Virus record (IMG/VR): IMGVR_UViG_3300009345_000002
Span: 1 to 51,868 of that record
DNA: 51,868 nt
Strand: one strand, 5' to 3'
Source: a virus
Lineage: Duplodnaviria; Caudoviricetes
The position numbers and the translations under genes were made by a program. Below are positions 36,969 to 47,524 of this stretch, piece by piece. Numbering within the stretch: position 1 is the stretch's first letter; every line of letters starts with the position of its first letter. The notes below the pieces were generated by a model. It did no database searches and had not been told where the DNA came from. It worked only from the letters and a program-made list of their open reading frames with translations.

Positions 36969-38336
36969 TTAATTATTATCAACAATACCATTAAATAATG
37001 TATTGTTAGCGTTAATATTTACTTGAACTTTTTCTTTTTTAGAGATTGCACTATTCATCTTTTCAAGCTCTCTAACAACTGCTAGAATATTCTCAGATGT
37101 TACCTCTGATGCCTGCAATCTATTATCATCACCAACAATATCAGTAATTCCTTTAAAGCTTGTTATATCTCTAAAATCTTTATTAAGACCCCTAACTTTT
37201 GTTATATCTGCAAGTTTCTCATTCATTCTATCAGCAATATCTTGTTTTGTACTATCAGAGAAACTATCTATTCTTTTCATTAAAAAGTCAGGTAGTGGCT
37301 TAGAAAATGCCCCACCAAAACCTTGTAAGTCTTCAACATCTTCTGCCTTGCCTATATTTTTTACACCAGTTATAATATTTGATATTGCACCAGATGTATT
37401 TTCAATCCAGTTATTAGCAAATGTAGCCAAGAAAGTGCCAAGCTTGTTTAACCCAACATTAGCTATTGATATATTTTGAGTAAATTCTCTATACTCAGCA
37501 ACAAGTTCTCTTTTACTATCTCTTATTTGTTCAGAAACACCTTGGTCTGCAAATAAATTCTCTTCAAAGTTAGCACCTCTAAGAGCATTAAAGTTAATTC
37601 CAAGTATTTGCTCAAATAATCTATTTACCTCACCTTGATTAGCACCAAAATCTGTAGTAGATGCACCAATAATAGCCTCAATGATACCCTCTCTTGATAT
37701 TTCACCACCTTTAACACCAAGTAGATTAAGCAACTTAGCACCCTCTGGGCTAGTACCAGTAAGTAAATCAGTTATAGCATTAGATATATTCTCAGTAGCT
37801 CCTGTAGCCTCTCCAAAGCTTAAAAGCTCATTACCTGTAGTAAGTCCACTAACGAACCTACCAAGTAAGCCATAGTCTATTTGAGTTCTTTCAGATAGTG
37901 TTTGTAAGCTAATAGCATCTTCACCAGAAGCTCTAATAGTTCCAATTGATGCAGCACCACCAGCAACAGCAGCTGCATTTTTTACTAGTTCATTAGATAA
38001 TGCAAGATTTCCTGCTCTTGCATTTCTTTCATTTGCATCTGCTGCATTATCAAGATTTTCTTTCATCTCTTCTAAGGAATCATTAATATCTTCAAATTTA
38101 TCAGCCATTCCATCAATAATACCATCAAATTTATCAGATATATCGCCAATGTTATCATTAATAGCTAAATCTAAGTCTATTCCAAGGTTTTTTATTGAGT
38201 TTTCGATGTTTTCTAAAGAACTAGTACTAAGAGATGCATCAATTGTTATATCGCCGTTATTTAACTGCTCTTCAACATTCTTTTTTATAGCACTTCCGAT
38301 ATCTAAATCTACATTTGCCATTATTTCTTTAGCCAT
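36969..38336 (-). CDS. tape measure protein (short, 455 aa)
   Basis: Position after chaperones; Ala/Gly/Ile-rich helical sequence. Confidence 0.65.
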   Translation of the reverse strand: MAKEIMANVDLDIGSAIKKNVEEQLNNGDITIDASLSTSSLENIENSIKNLGIDLDLAINDNIGDISDKFDGIIDGMADKFEDINDSLEEMKENLDNAADANERNARAGNLALSNELVKNAAAVAGGAASIGTIRASGEDAISLQTLSERTQIDYGLLGRFVSGLTTGNELLSFGEATGATENISNAITDLLTGTSPEGAKLLNLLGVKGGEISREGIIEAIIGASTTDFGANQGEVNRLFEQILGINFNALRGANFEENLFADQGVSEQIRDSKRELVAEYREFTQNISIANVGLNKLGTFLATFANNWIENTSGAISNIITGVKNIGKAEDVEDLQGFGGAFSKPLPDFLMKRIDSFSDSTKQDIADRMNEKLADITKVRGLNKDFRDITSFKGITDIVGDDNRLQASEVTSENILAVVRELEKMNSAISKKEKVQVNINANNTLFNGIVDNN

Positions 38337-38583
38337 TGTTTAATTCTTTCCATCTTATTCTCACCTCATTTTCGTAATCTTTTATAAAAACTTCATAATA
38401 ATAAAGATCTATGACGTGAGCTGCGTTTGTATTTAAAATTTCATTGTAGCTGCCATAACCAGCCTTTGAGACAACAGTAACAATTTTCTGTAAAGTTGTT
38501 CTCTTGTCAACATAACCTACATTTACTTGTTGCCCAACGTCTTCTGTAACAACGGTAACATATGTAGGTGGTCTACGAAAAAA
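38329..38583 (-). CDS. -1 frameshift extension of tail assembly chaperone (gpGT-like)
   Basis: Slippery T-TTT-TTC at 38583-38577; -1 frame open 82 codons to TAA 38329, overlapping TMP start. Confidence 0.75.
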   Translation of the reverse strand, partial: FFRRPPTYVTVVTEDVGQQVNVGYVDKRTTLQKIVTVVSKAGYGSYNEILNTNAAHVIDLYYYEVFIKDYENEVRIRWKELNNG

Positions 38584-39017
38584 ACCATACCAACCTGTAA
38601 GAATAACTGTGTTTTAAATAATCCAAAGTTTTTTCTAAACCATTGTTGTTGCATCAATCTTTGAGCAAAGTTTAATTTCATATCTTCTGGTGGTAAATCA
38701 CCAGTAATTTTTTCAAAGTAATTCTGTAAAATTACTAAACATGCATCGTTAAATTCTTTACATGTATCAATTTTTAAAGAAAGATTATACGCTTTCTCTG
38801 ACATAAGCTTTTTATTTTCGTCGCTTTCATCGTCTTTAGCCTCAAGTTCTTTTAGTCTAATAAGGTCTTTTCTAACTTCTTCTGCTGTTTCAAAGTCGAT
38901 GTGTTTTTTAAAAGCTGAACTCAACATCCAAGCATCTTGGATAGTTGGCATGTTAAGAACAAGCTCGACAATTTTACCTTTTTCTTTTTCAAGTTTTATG
39001 GTTACTTTATCATTCAT
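38523..39017 (-). CDS. tail assembly chaperone (gpG-like)
   Basis: Between tube and tape measure genes; slippery site near 3' end. Confidence 0.75.
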   Translation of the reverse strand: MNDKVTIKLEKEKGKIVELVLNMPTIQDAWMLSSAFKKHIDFETAEEVRKDLIRLKELEAKDDESDENKKLMSEKAYNLSLKIDTCKEFNDACLVILQNYFEKITGDLPPEDMKLNFAQRLMQQQWFRKNFGLFKTQLFLQVGMVFFVDHLHMLPLLQKTLGNK

Positions 39018-39051
39018 TTTGTATAATCTTTCTTTATATTATTTATATTTA

Positions 39052-39546
39052 TTATAGTTCTTCTCTACCTTTGTAGCGACAGCCTGTAGGCATTTTTACT
39101 GAGAATGCAAATACTGTTTGTGTAGCATCGCCATTCGCATTTGCTCTTAAGTTAGGAGTTACTGATACAGAACCGAAATCTGCTGCAAAAGTTCTCTTAA
39201 CTAGAACGCCATCTTCTTCATGGTAGAAGTAGAATGTAACATTTTCTAGTGTCATTTTATTAAGGTCTGTACTATCAGCCTGCATATATTGGTTTGTAAG
39301 CTTTAATAACTCTTCTGCAAAAGGATCAGAGTTTAAAATTCTGAAAGATGCAGTAGAAATTGTTGCTTGCATATCAATTGCACCAGCAGCATTACCACCG
39401 ATACCTTTAATGAACTTAATAATCTCACCATTTGTTAGTTGTAGATTAATATAATCTCCATCAACAAATTTTTGTAAGTCATAAGTTACACCATTATAGT
39501 CAAAGCTTGCAGTACAAGGTCTTGCTAAAGTTAATGATTGTGTCAT
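39052..39546 (-). CDS. tail tube protein
   Basis: Directly follows sheath; size and beta-rich pattern. Confidence 0.7.
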   Translation of the reverse strand: MTQSLTLARPCTASFDYNGVTYDLQKFVDGDYINLQLTNGEIIKFIKGIGGNAAGAIDMQATISTASFRILNSDPFAEELLKLTNQYMQADSTDLNKMTLENVTFYFYHEEDGVLVKRTFAADFGSVSVTPNLRANANGDATQTVFAFSVKMPTGCRYKGREEL

Positions 39547-39550
39547 ATTT

Positions 39551-41014
39551 CTATTCCTCTACTGTAATATTAATTTGCGCGCCATGGTATGCTCCAGATG
39601 CCTTACAAGCAACTTGGATTAATGCCTTACGCTTTTCTCTATCAGCCTGAGTTGTTTCTGGAACAATATAAATGTAATAACCATTTAATTCGATAGATGC
39701 TCTAAATTCTGCATCATTACCAAATGTTTCACCATTCCATGTTTCGCCTTGAGCTAACCAACCTGATCTAACTAGTTTATCTAAAACTTTAGCTACTGCA
39801 TTTCTAAGTCTATCCCTACCAGCTTGTTCTTGAGGAACTTTAGTATCTGTTAAGAATGTATTAAACACATTTGTAACCATCATCATAGGAATTAGGTTAG
39901 ATAAGTAAGCAACGTCTGTATATTTATTAGCATTACCTGTAATTAATGTTGAAAGTGTTTCGTTACGTTTTACATAAACATCAACACCTCTTTCGATTAG
40001 TTCAGCTAATTCAGTTGTACCAATTTTATCATTACCTAAAACACCTGAGATAATTTTATTATCCATTGTTAAGGCTGTATTTGACATGTTTGGATTACCT
40101 GAGAACATCTTAGAAACAGCACCTGCTGCAATTTTCTTAGCTGTAAGAATATCTTCACCTAAGTTTGATGTAAGCCTTGTATTCCAAAGCGATTTACCAA
40201 CTACATTTTCACCAACAATTCTAGCATCTACATCACCAGCGATATCTGGATAGAATAAATATGGTTGACCCATAATAGCCTCAGCTGTTGTATTTTTTTC
40301 TTCTGGTGTCATTACTTTAGTAGTAATAATACCGTGGAAAAATTCTTTACCATCAAGCCTTACAAGAACTTCTGGAATTGTTTCACCTGTTGGATCAGTA
40401 CCAGCTGTTTCTGTAGCAGCAGTTAAGTCTAGCAATGTTGCATCTGCTAAATCAGTACCACTCTCAGCAGCAACATTAATAAATGTTACAGCAGAGCCTG
40501 CGATTTTTGTTGAAAATGTAATTTCACCAGTATCGTTATCTCCTGACACAGAATAACCAAACGCCTTAAGCTCTAAAATCTCAGCAATATCTGTTACTGT
40601 GTTTACACTTGAAAGGTCGATGAAAACTGATTTCTTAACATTTCCGTTTATTGAGAAAGTTAATGCACCGTCTGTTACTGCCTTAAAAGCATCAATTTTA
40701 GATGATAAATCTACTGTTTTTATTGTAGCTACTGTACCATCTGTTGTATTATCCATTTTAACAACTTTAACAAAACCACCACCTGCTAAAATACCTGGTG
40801 TTTGACCAAATACTTGGTTAGCCATTTGGTAAGTTACTGAATCAACTCCCCAAAATTTTCCAATATCACTAGCGTTGAAAAAATCTCCAACATCTTTAGT
40901 GAATGAGTTAGGTTCATTAGTCATTAAACAAACAATATTTGGATTAGGTTCAGCAACCTTTGTGATACCAGCTGATAAGCTAGCACTCACATTATAAGTT
41001 AAAGGGATTGACAT
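39551..41014 (-). CDS. contractile tail sheath protein (DUF3383-like)
   Basis: WGVDS.TY.MA..VF.QTP, TKVPQ..AG, GYYIY, DREKRKA..IQVACK.SGAYH. Confidence 0.88.
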   Translation of the reverse strand: MSIPLTYNVSASLSAGITKVAEPNPNIVCLMTNEPNSFTKDVGDFFNASDIGKFWGVDSVTYQMANQVFGQTPGILAGGGFVKVVKMDNTTDGTVATIKTVDLSSKIDAFKAVTDGALTFSINGNVKKSVFIDLSSVNTVTDIAEILELKAFGYSVSGDNDTGEITFSTKIAGSAVTFINVAAESGTDLADATLLDLTAATETAGTDPTGETIPEVLVRLDGKEFFHGIITTKVMTPEEKNTTAEAIMGQPYLFYPDIAGDVDARIVGENVVGKSLWNTRLTSNLGEDILTAKKIAAGAVSKMFSGNPNMSNTALTMDNKIISGVLGNDKIGTTELAELIERGVDVYVKRNETLSTLITGNANKYTDVAYLSNLIPMMMVTNVFNTFLTDTKVPQEQAGRDRLRNAVAKVLDKLVRSGWLAQGETWNGETFGNDAEFRASIELNGYYIYIVPETTQADREKRKALIQVACKASGAYHGAQINITVEE

Positions 41015-41020
41015 ATCCTA

Positions 41021-41581
41021 TTACTCCTCTATTTCTTGTTTATCAATTATAATTTCTTCATAGAACTCAACAGCAACGTCGTCAACTATTTTGTTCACTA
41101 ATGAGTATATCACATTATATGATAACTGTAAACCTCTGACAGTAGCACCACCAGTATTAGTTTCTATAATGAAATCACTTTGTTCAGGCATGGAAAACAT
41201 CAGCACACCGTTTTTTCTAAAAACTCTATCTGATAAAAATCCGTTTAACATACCTTTTATTTTTGACAGAAGTCCATAAACAATATCATTTGTACCGATA
41301 ATTTGTATAGTTACATTATCATTACATTTTTCAATGTTATATTGACCTCCATCTTGCATGCCAAGTCTAGTCTGTCTTGCTGTTAGTGGTGCAATAGCTA
41401 ATTCATTGCTTATCTCATTAACAACATGAGTATTTAGACCCAACATTACAATACCTGTTTGCCATTCTGGATTTTCAACATTCTCGTTTTCATAAACGAA
41501 TTGAACATCTTCATTCTTTAATGCCTCAGCTATCAAAGCATAGAATGACCTAATACTTGGAAGTTCTTTAAAATTAGACAT
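41021..41581 (-). CDS. tail completion / neck protein
   Basis: Synteny immediately upstream of sheath. Confidence 0.55.
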   Translation of the reverse strand: MSNFKELPSIRSFYALIAEALKNEDVQFVYENENVENPEWQTGIVMLGLNTHVVNEISNELAIAPLTARQTRLGMQDGGQYNIEKCNDNVTIQIIGTNDIVYGLLSKIKGMLNGFLSDRVFRKNGVLMFSMPEQSDFIIETNTGGATVRGLQLSYNVIYSLVNKIVDDVAVEFYEEIIIDKQEIEE

Positions 41582-41991
41582 TACTTAACCTCCTTTAAAT
41601 AATTCATGCTAAAACCAGCTACAATTTCTCTATCAATATTAAATATAGTATATGTAGTTTTTCTGATTCTAACTCTACCACCGATTTTTAAAAGCTCATT
41701 ATTTGCTGTAGCAAATACTTTTTCTTTAAAACCACGATGACCTACAGCAGACATTTTACCTATTTTTTGAGAATAAGATTGAAGAGTTCCCTCAATGGTA
41801 TCTACTTTTTCCCATCGAACACTACGGCTAACATTTAAAGTTCTGCCCTCAAATTCTCTTTCAACATATGTGCTAACCTCTCCAAGAATATCGGCAGTTT
41901 CTTTTCTGCCCTCTAACGGTGTAGCATCATACTCATAATGTCTACGATCAAGTTTGTTTTGACCTTTATTTTTTCCTATTAATTTTGCCAT
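41581..41991 (-). CDS. head closure / neck protein
   Basis: Synteny. Confidence 0.55.
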   Translation of the reverse strand: MAKLIGKNKGQNKLDRRHYEYDATPLEGRKETADILGEVSTYVEREFEGRTLNVSRSVRWEKVDTIEGTLQSYSQKIGKMSAVGHRGFKEKVFATANNELLKIGGRVRIRKTTYTIFNIDREIVAGFSMNYLKEVK

Positions 41992-42374
41992 GACACAAAT
42001 ACCTCTATATCGTCTTTTAATTTACCAAAATCTACAAGATTAACTGGTGAATTTGAAGTTACTTTAGCTCCAGTTTTTTTATAATAAAAAGTGTTAGTAT
42101 CAGCCCCTGCCCATTTACCATGACCGTTGGTTGAAAAACCCTCTATCACATAATCTTTTATTCTATTTGCATATGAACTTACAGATTCCTCTAATGGATT
42201 AAATGGATTGGCATCCACAAAATCCTGAACTGGCTCGTATAGCCAAGATCTTTTTGGCATATTAACTGTTCCTAGCTCATGTAACAAGCCAACATCTGCA
42301 GTAGTCATTATAGAACCACTACTAGTTACATAAATAGAGCCGTTTTTAATACCTACACTAATTCTAGCTTTCAT
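41979..42374 (-). CDS. neck protein (HE.GT..P.R.WL family; start revised from 42392)
   Basis: GLLHELGTVNMPKRSWL, NLVDFGKL motifs. Confidence 0.7.
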   Translation of the reverse strand: MKARISVGIKNGSIYVTSSGSIMTTADVGLLHELGTVNMPKRSWLYEPVQDFVDANPFNPLEESVSSYANRIKDYVIEGFSTNGHGKWAGADTNTFYYKKTGAKVTSNSPVNLVDFGKLKDDIEVFVSWQN

Positions 42375-42973
42375 TAGTCTGCCACCATGCAATGAACGCC
42401 TTTAGAGCCGTAATATACAGCCTCAATATACTTATATCCGTAAGTTATATGGCCCATTCTTGCAAATAGAACACTATTAGCAATCCTAGGAGGCACAGGT
42501 CTTGTTGATGACATATGAGATTGGTTTCTTGTAGATTCGAGAGTTCTTGAAATTGCACCGTAAGTTTGCTCCATCTCATAAATTTCTTGAACAAACATAA
42601 AAGCTACCAAATTATAAAAAGCCTCTCTGCCTTTAATAAATTTGGCATCAGTCTCTAAAGTGCTATCTGTAATATTAAATGCATAATTATTAAAAGTAGC
42701 CTTAGCTAGCTCAACAATACGCTCTAAGTCATCTTCAAGAATTGCAGAACCAACTGGCTCTTCTAGAGTATCTTCAAAAACATCTGTTGCTTGATCTGGT
42801 ATTAATCCAGATTGAGTAGCAGCAGATTTAACTCTATAAAGTTTATTCTCATAAACAACATATTCATTTATTACATTGTATACTCTAGCAACATCAAAAT
42901 CAAAAGCTATAGCAAATATTTTTTGCCACCTAGCCCATACATCTCTTGTTGTTATATTATTAATTAAACTCAT
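42374..42973 (-). CDS. head-tail adaptor (DUF4054-like; start revised from 43015)
   Basis: AFYNLVAF...TYGYKY motif; GAAAGG RBS before 42973. Confidence 0.6.
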   Translation of the reverse strand: MSLINNITTRDVWARWQKIFAIAFDFDVARVYNVINEYVVYENKLYRVKSAATQSGLIPDQATDVFEDTLEEPVGSAILEDDLERIVELAKATFNNYAFNITDSTLETDAKFIKGREAFYNLVAFMFVQEIYEMEQTYGAISRTLESTRNQSHMSSTRPVPPRIANSVLFARMGHITYGYKYIEAVYYGSKGVHCMVAD

Positions 42974-43020
42974 TTTACAAAGTCCTTTCTTCTGTTTATA
43001 TATAAATATTAACACAAATA

Positions 43021-43046
43021 AAAAAAGAGTTCAAATGAACTCTCTT
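43021..43046 (-). terminator. intrinsic terminator after head genes
   Basis: GAGAGTTC-ATTT-GAACTCTTTTTT on minus strand. Confidence 0.7.
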
Positions 43047-43061
43047 CTTATACATATTTTT

Positions 43062-43433
43062 TTACTTTTTAGCTGCTGCTAATAGTTCTGCAATTTGAGC
43101 TTTCATTTCAGCATTTTCTGCTTTCATAGCCTCAACTTCTGACTTAATTTTGTCATTAGCATCTTCTTGCATAGCTTTGCCAGATTTTCTAGCTGCTAAT
43201 TTAGCTTTCCACTCATTTTGCTCATCTAGCGAGCCTAGGAATGGGTAGATAGCTCTTAATTCTTCTTCTGAATCAGCAGGAACTTCAATAGCTCCTAATG
43301 AATCTAAATAAGATCTAACTTTACCCTCAACACCTACAACTTCTTTGTTCTTGATAATTCTTTTAGCATCTGATAAGATTACTTGTTTTGTCTCTGAACA
43401 GTTGTATAAAGTTACAATTTTTTCTTTTGCCAT
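43062..43433 (-). CDS. hypothetical head-region protein with C-terminal coiled coil
   Basis: Follows major capsid gene. Confidence 0.7.
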   Translation of the reverse strand: MAKEKIVTLYNCSETKQVILSDAKRIIKNKEVVGVEGKVRSYLDSLGAIEVPADSEEELRAIYPFLGSLDEQNEWKAKLAARKSGKAMQEDANDKIKSEVEAMKAENAEMKAQIAELLAAAKK

Positions 43434-43449
43434 CTTAATTTACCCTTTC

Positions 43450-44865
43450 TTAGTAGCCTTTAGTTAAGATCATAATATCTTTTGATCTGAATTTTAAGTC
43501 TGGCTGAGCAGTAAACATTAAACTTCTGTTTTGGAATGTTACGTTATCAGCTGTGTTAAATCCAAATGGTGATACTTTAGTATAGTGGAACATTGAACCC
43601 TCTTTAGCATAAACTAAGATAGTATCAGCTGTTGCCTCACCTGTTTTGCTTTCAATGAACTCACCTTTAGAGAAACCTGAACCTAAAACTGTTACGTTTA
43701 CGTCTTGGTCTGTCATGTCAGATAGTTTTGCCTCAATAACTTCTTTGAAGTACTCTTTAACAGTCTTCATTACTGGGTAATCAGCAGAAGTAGTTAATAG
43801 TTCATTTAATTGAGCCATGTAAGAACGAGGTAGAACTACTGTATCGAATGGACGGATAATCGCATCAACACCTAAGTTGTTCTCTTGTGAATCTGTTCTC
43901 CATTTGTCAACGATTGCTTGAGCGAAAGCCTCAACATCAGCATTTGTATCCATTTTCTTAGTCCAAATACCAGCATCAGCAACTGCACCAGGGAATTTTA
44001 ATAGACCTTTGATAGTAGAACCATCTCTCTCAGAAGTTACACCAACATGTAAAATTTGTTGTAGAGCAACGTCAAATGATGTATTTGTAGCCATAATTAA
44101 CTCATCAACTAATGATAAACCGATTGCTTGGTTTAGAATTTCATTGATTCTATTCCAACGGATTGTAGCAGATAGTTGAATAACTGGTACAGATACTTGG
44201 TTGATTTCGATTGAAGTTGTGTTTTCAAAGTCGATGTTACCAACAGCGCCAGCCATTTGCTCAGCTGTTAGATACTGACCTTGTATACCAAGTCTTAGTA
44301 ATTCTTTTTTGAATCCACATTGGCCAACTACAACATTAATGTATTTTTCAATACCTTGCTCATAGATTTTAGCTCTTGTGATTTCAGCAAGACGTAGTGA
44401 TAAAGTTGTGAAAATACGGTTAAGACCGAAATCACCATTATCAGCAGCCTCGTAAGAGTTTAAAACTCTAACTGAGTTTTTAAGACCATCTGCAATACCA
44501 TCAGCATCAATTGAGTTAGTTACTGTTTCGTAACCATCTTTATTGATTGAATTGATCATTCTTGCGAAGTTATTAACATCTAATGAATCTTCGCCAGCAG
44601 AAATAAATTCGCCAACTGCATTTTTAATTGAAACATCTGCTTGGTTTCTAATTACTGATAGTAATTTTGAACCTTTAAGCTCTGGAGCATTTATGAAAGT
44701 CTCATAACCCTCTTGAGTTTCTAGCATTTCGATGTTTTCTGAAACAAAGTTTTTAACACGTTCTGGAGCGCCGTGTAAAGCACCATCAACAATTGGCTGT
44801 AGCTTAGCGTGTGCAGCTAAAGCAACTGTGTTGAACTTTTTATAATCATCTCTAGTAAATTTCAT
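43450..44865 (-). CDS. major capsid protein (HK97 fold, DUF2184-like, long N-terminal extension)
   Basis: Size/position; high-expression codons; INVVVGQCGF, G....IKGLL..PG, PFDTVVLP. Confidence 0.75.
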   Translation of the reverse strand: MKFTRDDYKKFNTVALAAHAKLQPIVDGALHGAPERVKNFVSENIEMLETQEGYETFINAPELKGSKLLSVIRNQADVSIKNAVGEFISAGEDSLDVNNFARMINSINKDGYETVTNSIDADGIADGLKNSVRVLNSYEAADNGDFGLNRIFTTLSLRLAEITRAKIYEQGIEKYINVVVGQCGFKKELLRLGIQGQYLTAEQMAGAVGNIDFENTTSIEINQVSVPVIQLSATIRWNRINEILNQAIGLSLVDELIMATNTSFDVALQQILHVGVTSERDGSTIKGLLKFPGAVADAGIWTKKMDTNADVEAFAQAIVDKWRTDSQENNLGVDAIIRPFDTVVLPRSYMAQLNELLTTSADYPVMKTVKEYFKEVIEAKLSDMTDQDVNVTVLGSGFSKGEFIESKTGEATADTILVYAKEGSMFHYTKVSPFGFNTADNVTFQNRSLMFTAQPDLKFRSKDIMILTKGY

Positions 44866-44881
44866 TTATACTATTCCTTTA

Positions 44882-45301
44882 TTATCTTGGTGTTTTTTCA
44901 TAAATAGCTACGCCATCAATAACTTGAGTAACTGTAGCTAGAACAACATTGCCTGAACCAGTAACAAACTTCACAACTTGAGTACTGTCAGCAGTATCAA
45001 CCATGATTTTATCACCAGTAACAATTGTTTCACCTGATTTAATTTTTGTTCTAAAGATACCATTTTGTGAAACATTAACTGAATCGCCAATTGCGAATGT
45101 TTTCTTTTCACCAGGTAAGTTAAATGCAACATAAACATCTGTATCTGTAGATGTAGCTGCCTCTAAAACACCGTTTACGAACTTATATAGTCCACCTGAT
45201 TCACCAGCAACAGAAGTCTTAGCAGGGCGTGAAGTTCTTACTTCTAAAGCCTCACCAGTTTTAACTGCTCTGAAATCAGCATTTGTAACTAAAGTAGTCA
45301 T
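44882..45301 (-). CDS. capsid decoration/cement protein
   Basis: Between scaffold and MCP; beta-rich 139 aa. Confidence 0.6.
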   Translation of the reverse strand: MTTLVTNADFRAVKTGEALEVRTSRPAKTSVAGESGGLYKFVNGVLEAATSTDTDVYVAFNLPGEKKTFAIGDSVNVSQNGIFRTKIKSGETIVTGDKIMVDTADSTQVVKFVTGSGNVVLATVTQVIDGVAIYEKTPR

Positions 45302-45315
45302 GTTTTATTTTCCTT

Positions 45316-46293
45316 TTATTTATTACTAATTTTTCTTAAAGATTTAAGAACTTCATCGTTTTGCTCTTTAGCAAGACCCTGTAGTTCCTTAGAGCTTTCA
45401 ACTGAGTTTTTAACATTCTCATCATTTGATGTAGCCTCTTTAACGATTTCTTCTAACTCTTCTTTAGAGTAAGTTTTCTCACCGACTTTAAGCTCTACAT
45501 CTGCCTCAGCCTTTTCAATCAAAGCCTCAACATCTGATTTAGAATATTCTTTATCTTCTATTAAGATTTTATGCTCAGCTGAATTTAATTCTTCAACTTT
45601 ACCCTCTAGCTCAGCAACCTTAGCAGTAGCCTCTTCTAGTTTAGCAGGTGTAGATTGAAGTTCGTCAAGAGTCATCTCTGTTTCTTCACCAGCAGAGTTT
45701 TTAACTCTAACTATAGAATCCAAAGCTACCTCTTCAACTTTTTCTTTTTTAAATAATTCGAACATTCTACTGCCCTTTTCTTTTTTGTTAAAATTTTCTT
45801 CTACACTTTCATCAACATCAACACAATTATACACTCTAACAAAGTCATTGTCAACACCTGATAAATCTTCTATATCTTCACCAGTTGAATTAACTATCCT
45901 TGTTTCGTACACATCAGCACCTGTATAGCGCTGCTTATTGTTAGTTATTCCAGAAAGTTCATATGGCTTTAAGTCGATCATTTCATAATCATACTCAATG
46001 TTGTCATATTTCTTTTTAGAATAGTTTGGTATCTTCTTAGCATCATATCCAACAGAGACTTTTTTATATTTCTCTTTTGAAGTAAATGAACCTACCATCC
46101 AGTCATGTTCTACCTCGCAAGATAAAACCTCACCTCTAGGTTTTTCATCATAGTTATGATCCTGATATACTGGTTTACCAACAATTTTTTTATGAGCAGC
46201 AGCAATTGTCTCAGGAGCAATTAATATAAAGCTATTGCCGTATTTTGTTACGCCAGCCTTAATAAAACGAGCCTTATTCTTTCTCATTCTCAC
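45316..46293 (-). CDS. prohead protease/scaffold (DUF2213-like)
   Basis: GKPVYQDH, VSVGY motifs; acidic coiled-coil C-terminus. Confidence 0.7.
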   Translation of the reverse strand: MRMRKNKARFIKAGVTKYGNSFILIAPETIAAAHKKIVGKPVYQDHNYDEKPRGEVLSCEVEHDWMVGSFTSKEKYKKVSVGYDAKKIPNYSKKKYDNIEYDYEMIDLKPYELSGITNNKQRYTGADVYETRIVNSTGEDIEDLSGVDNDFVRVYNCVDVDESVEENFNKKEKGSRMFELFKKEKVEEVALDSIVRVKNSAGEETEMTLDELQSTPAKLEEATAKVAELEGKVEELNSAEHKILIEDKEYSKSDVEALIEKAEADVELKVGEKTYSKEELEEIVKEATSNDENVKNSVESSKELQGLAKEQNDEVLKSLRKISNK

Positions 46294-47524
46294 GCATCTC
46301 CTCTAAAATTTCTTTAGCCTCCTCTTTGCTATAGATCTCAGCACTTGCTGCTGAAATAATAACCTCAGGAGTGATTTTTTTCTCTTTAACTGGTGTTAGC
46401 TCTGGAAACTCAAAATCAAAATCATCTGGTAATTTCTCACCATAATAATTTTGCCACATAATGTCAAAAATTTGATGATATTGAGATTTATATTGTTGTC
46501 TCCATTTGTCTATGTTCATATAATATGAATCCATAGCAGAATCTGAATTTGATAAACCTGATGTTTGCTCTCCTAATAAAGAAGTTCTAGTTTCACCTAG
46601 TTCCATCATTAGAACCTCAAACATTTTATCAATAATATCAGATAATCCACCAAATGAATAAGATTTAAACTCAACCTCATCCTCTTTATCTAAAACAGCA
46701 AATCTACGTGTACGTTTAGAATCAACAATTAATTTTATACGCTCACGAACTAATTCTTTGCCCTCTTCGCCATTATCTGCAATTTCATCTGCCATTTCAC
46801 TTAGGCGATAAACTTCCATTTTGGCATCATCTAAATATTCCATTGGCTTATTAATAGCCTTGTAATATTTATTGATAGAATCAAGAGTATGCTCTGCAAT
46901 TGATGTACCCCAACCCATTGTGTAACGGTCATACGGAAAGTCTGAAACTTCATTTCTAAATACGATTAAACGGCTTGAATCAATCCACTCATCAGTATTT
47001 TGAAGTCTTAATTTACTATCTGTAATAATATTACCCAAAAGTTGCCATCTATGCAAACTTGTTGTTTTTATCTCTAGTTTATCATTAATTAACTCATATT
47101 TCTCACTTAACGGTAAACTTGATTTTCTACCCATGATAAATACTGCACCACCACCAAAATTACGGCCTTTTACAGCAGCATCTTTTGAGTTTATGTATAC
47201 ACCATCTTTCTCAAGTCTTTTATGAAAATCTCTTGCTTTTTCTTTAAAACCAGCTTGCTTACTGTAAAATTTATATTTACCCAAAAGTCCAATAGTTGGT
47301 CTTTGGATACAAACTCTACGGTAAAGCGAATCTTTAATAAATCTAAGTGCAAGGTAAGTCCAAGCATTAGAAATAAGACCCTCTGCACCAAGGTAGTTAA
47401 ATAAAGCAGCATCTGAATCAGCAGCATAAGAAGATGTAAAATTACCAAGACCAATATTTGATACATCATTTAGAGTGTTATTAAGCATTCTAAAATTCTC
47501 AGCATTCATTTTTTTCTTAGACAT
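46274..47524 (-). CDS. portal protein (DUF1073-like; start revised from 47539)
   Basis: GRNFGGGAVFI, IDSSRLIVF, GWGTSI, SFGGLSD, LLGEQTSGL, FDFEFPEL. Confidence 0.88.
   Translation of the reverse strand: MSKKKMNAENFRMLNNTLNDVSNIGLGNFTSSYAADSDAALFNYLGAEGLISNAWTYLALRFIKDSLYRRVCIQRPTIGLLGKYKFYSKQAGFKEKARDFHKRLEKDGVYINSKDAAVKGRNFGGGAVFIMGRKSSLPLSEKYELINDKLEIKTTSLHRWQLLGNIITDSKLRLQNTDEWIDSSRLIVFRNEVSDFPYDRYTMGWGTSIAEHTLDSINKYYKAINKPMEYLDDAKMEVYRLSEMADEIADNGEEGKELVRERIKLIVDSKRTRRFAVLDKEDEVEFKSYSFGGLSDIIDKMFEVLMMELGETRTSLLGEQTSGLSNSDSAMDSYYMNIDKWRQQYKSQYHQIFDIMWQNYYGEKLPDDFDFEFPELTPVKEKKITPEVIISAASAEIYSKEEAKEILEEMRENEKE

Noticed and set aside
46274-47524. Anti-CBASS Acb1 nuclease
   Set aside because: DUF1073 portals are often mislabelled this way; no HxT phosphodiesterase domain is visible and the position is that of the portal
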